This document shows positions 63,951 through 64,000 of a stretch of 64,000 nucleotides of DNA, piece after piece. How positions within the stretch are numbered: position 1 is the stretch's first letter; each line of letters opens with the position of its first letter. Both the position numbers and the translations under genes were made by a program. The notes beneath the pieces were generated by a model. The model saw only the letters and a list, made by a program, of their open reading frames with translations, had not been told where the DNA came from and ran no database searches. This DNA is from Leptogorgia sarmentosa (lineage: Eukaryota): positions 21,204,001 through 21,268,000 of the forward strand of contig OZ210885.1 in NCBI GenBank assembly GCA_964658305.1, in the 5' to 3' direction.

Positions 63951-64000
63951 TTAAGGCTTTATAACCAAAATAATATAGATTTCCATGTCTTAACTTTTAG

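Overview
Eukaryotic, repeat-saturated DNA, probably from an anthozoan cnidarian (possibly an octocoral, judged by eye from the 18S/5.8S/28S sequence). No intact host protein gene is visible. The window has three parts. (1) 1-6.6 kb: a decayed transposase with RAG1/Transib/Chapaev-type motifs plus C2H2 and SAP domains, lying tail-to-tail with an unknown ~200-aa ORF and a TA-flanked terminus; a complete PIF/Harbinger element sits between the two genes. (2) 7.1-21.6 kb: a mosaic of multicopy RNA-gene fragments with their site-specific retrotransposons. It contains two head-to-head degenerate rDNA blocks, each carrying a different R2 family at the canonical 28S site, a Tx1-clade LINE joined to U2 snRNA at about nt 22, and two U1 snRNA copies. 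(3) 21.6-64 kb: nested transposons, namely a second Tx1 copy, a full-length Academ (XPG type, AGA TSD), an IS3EU-like inverted-repeat frame with a HECT-associated ORF, Kolobok/P2X7-like pieces, a CR1-group LINE, an intron-rich Ginger1 (integrase-Ulp1-PHD), an intron-rich CxC5/CxC6 KDZ-type transposase next to a DUF3987-like gene, and Crypton, Penelope, hAT and mariner remnants. Family names come from motif recognition by eye; no database search was run, and boundaries without TSDs are approximate.
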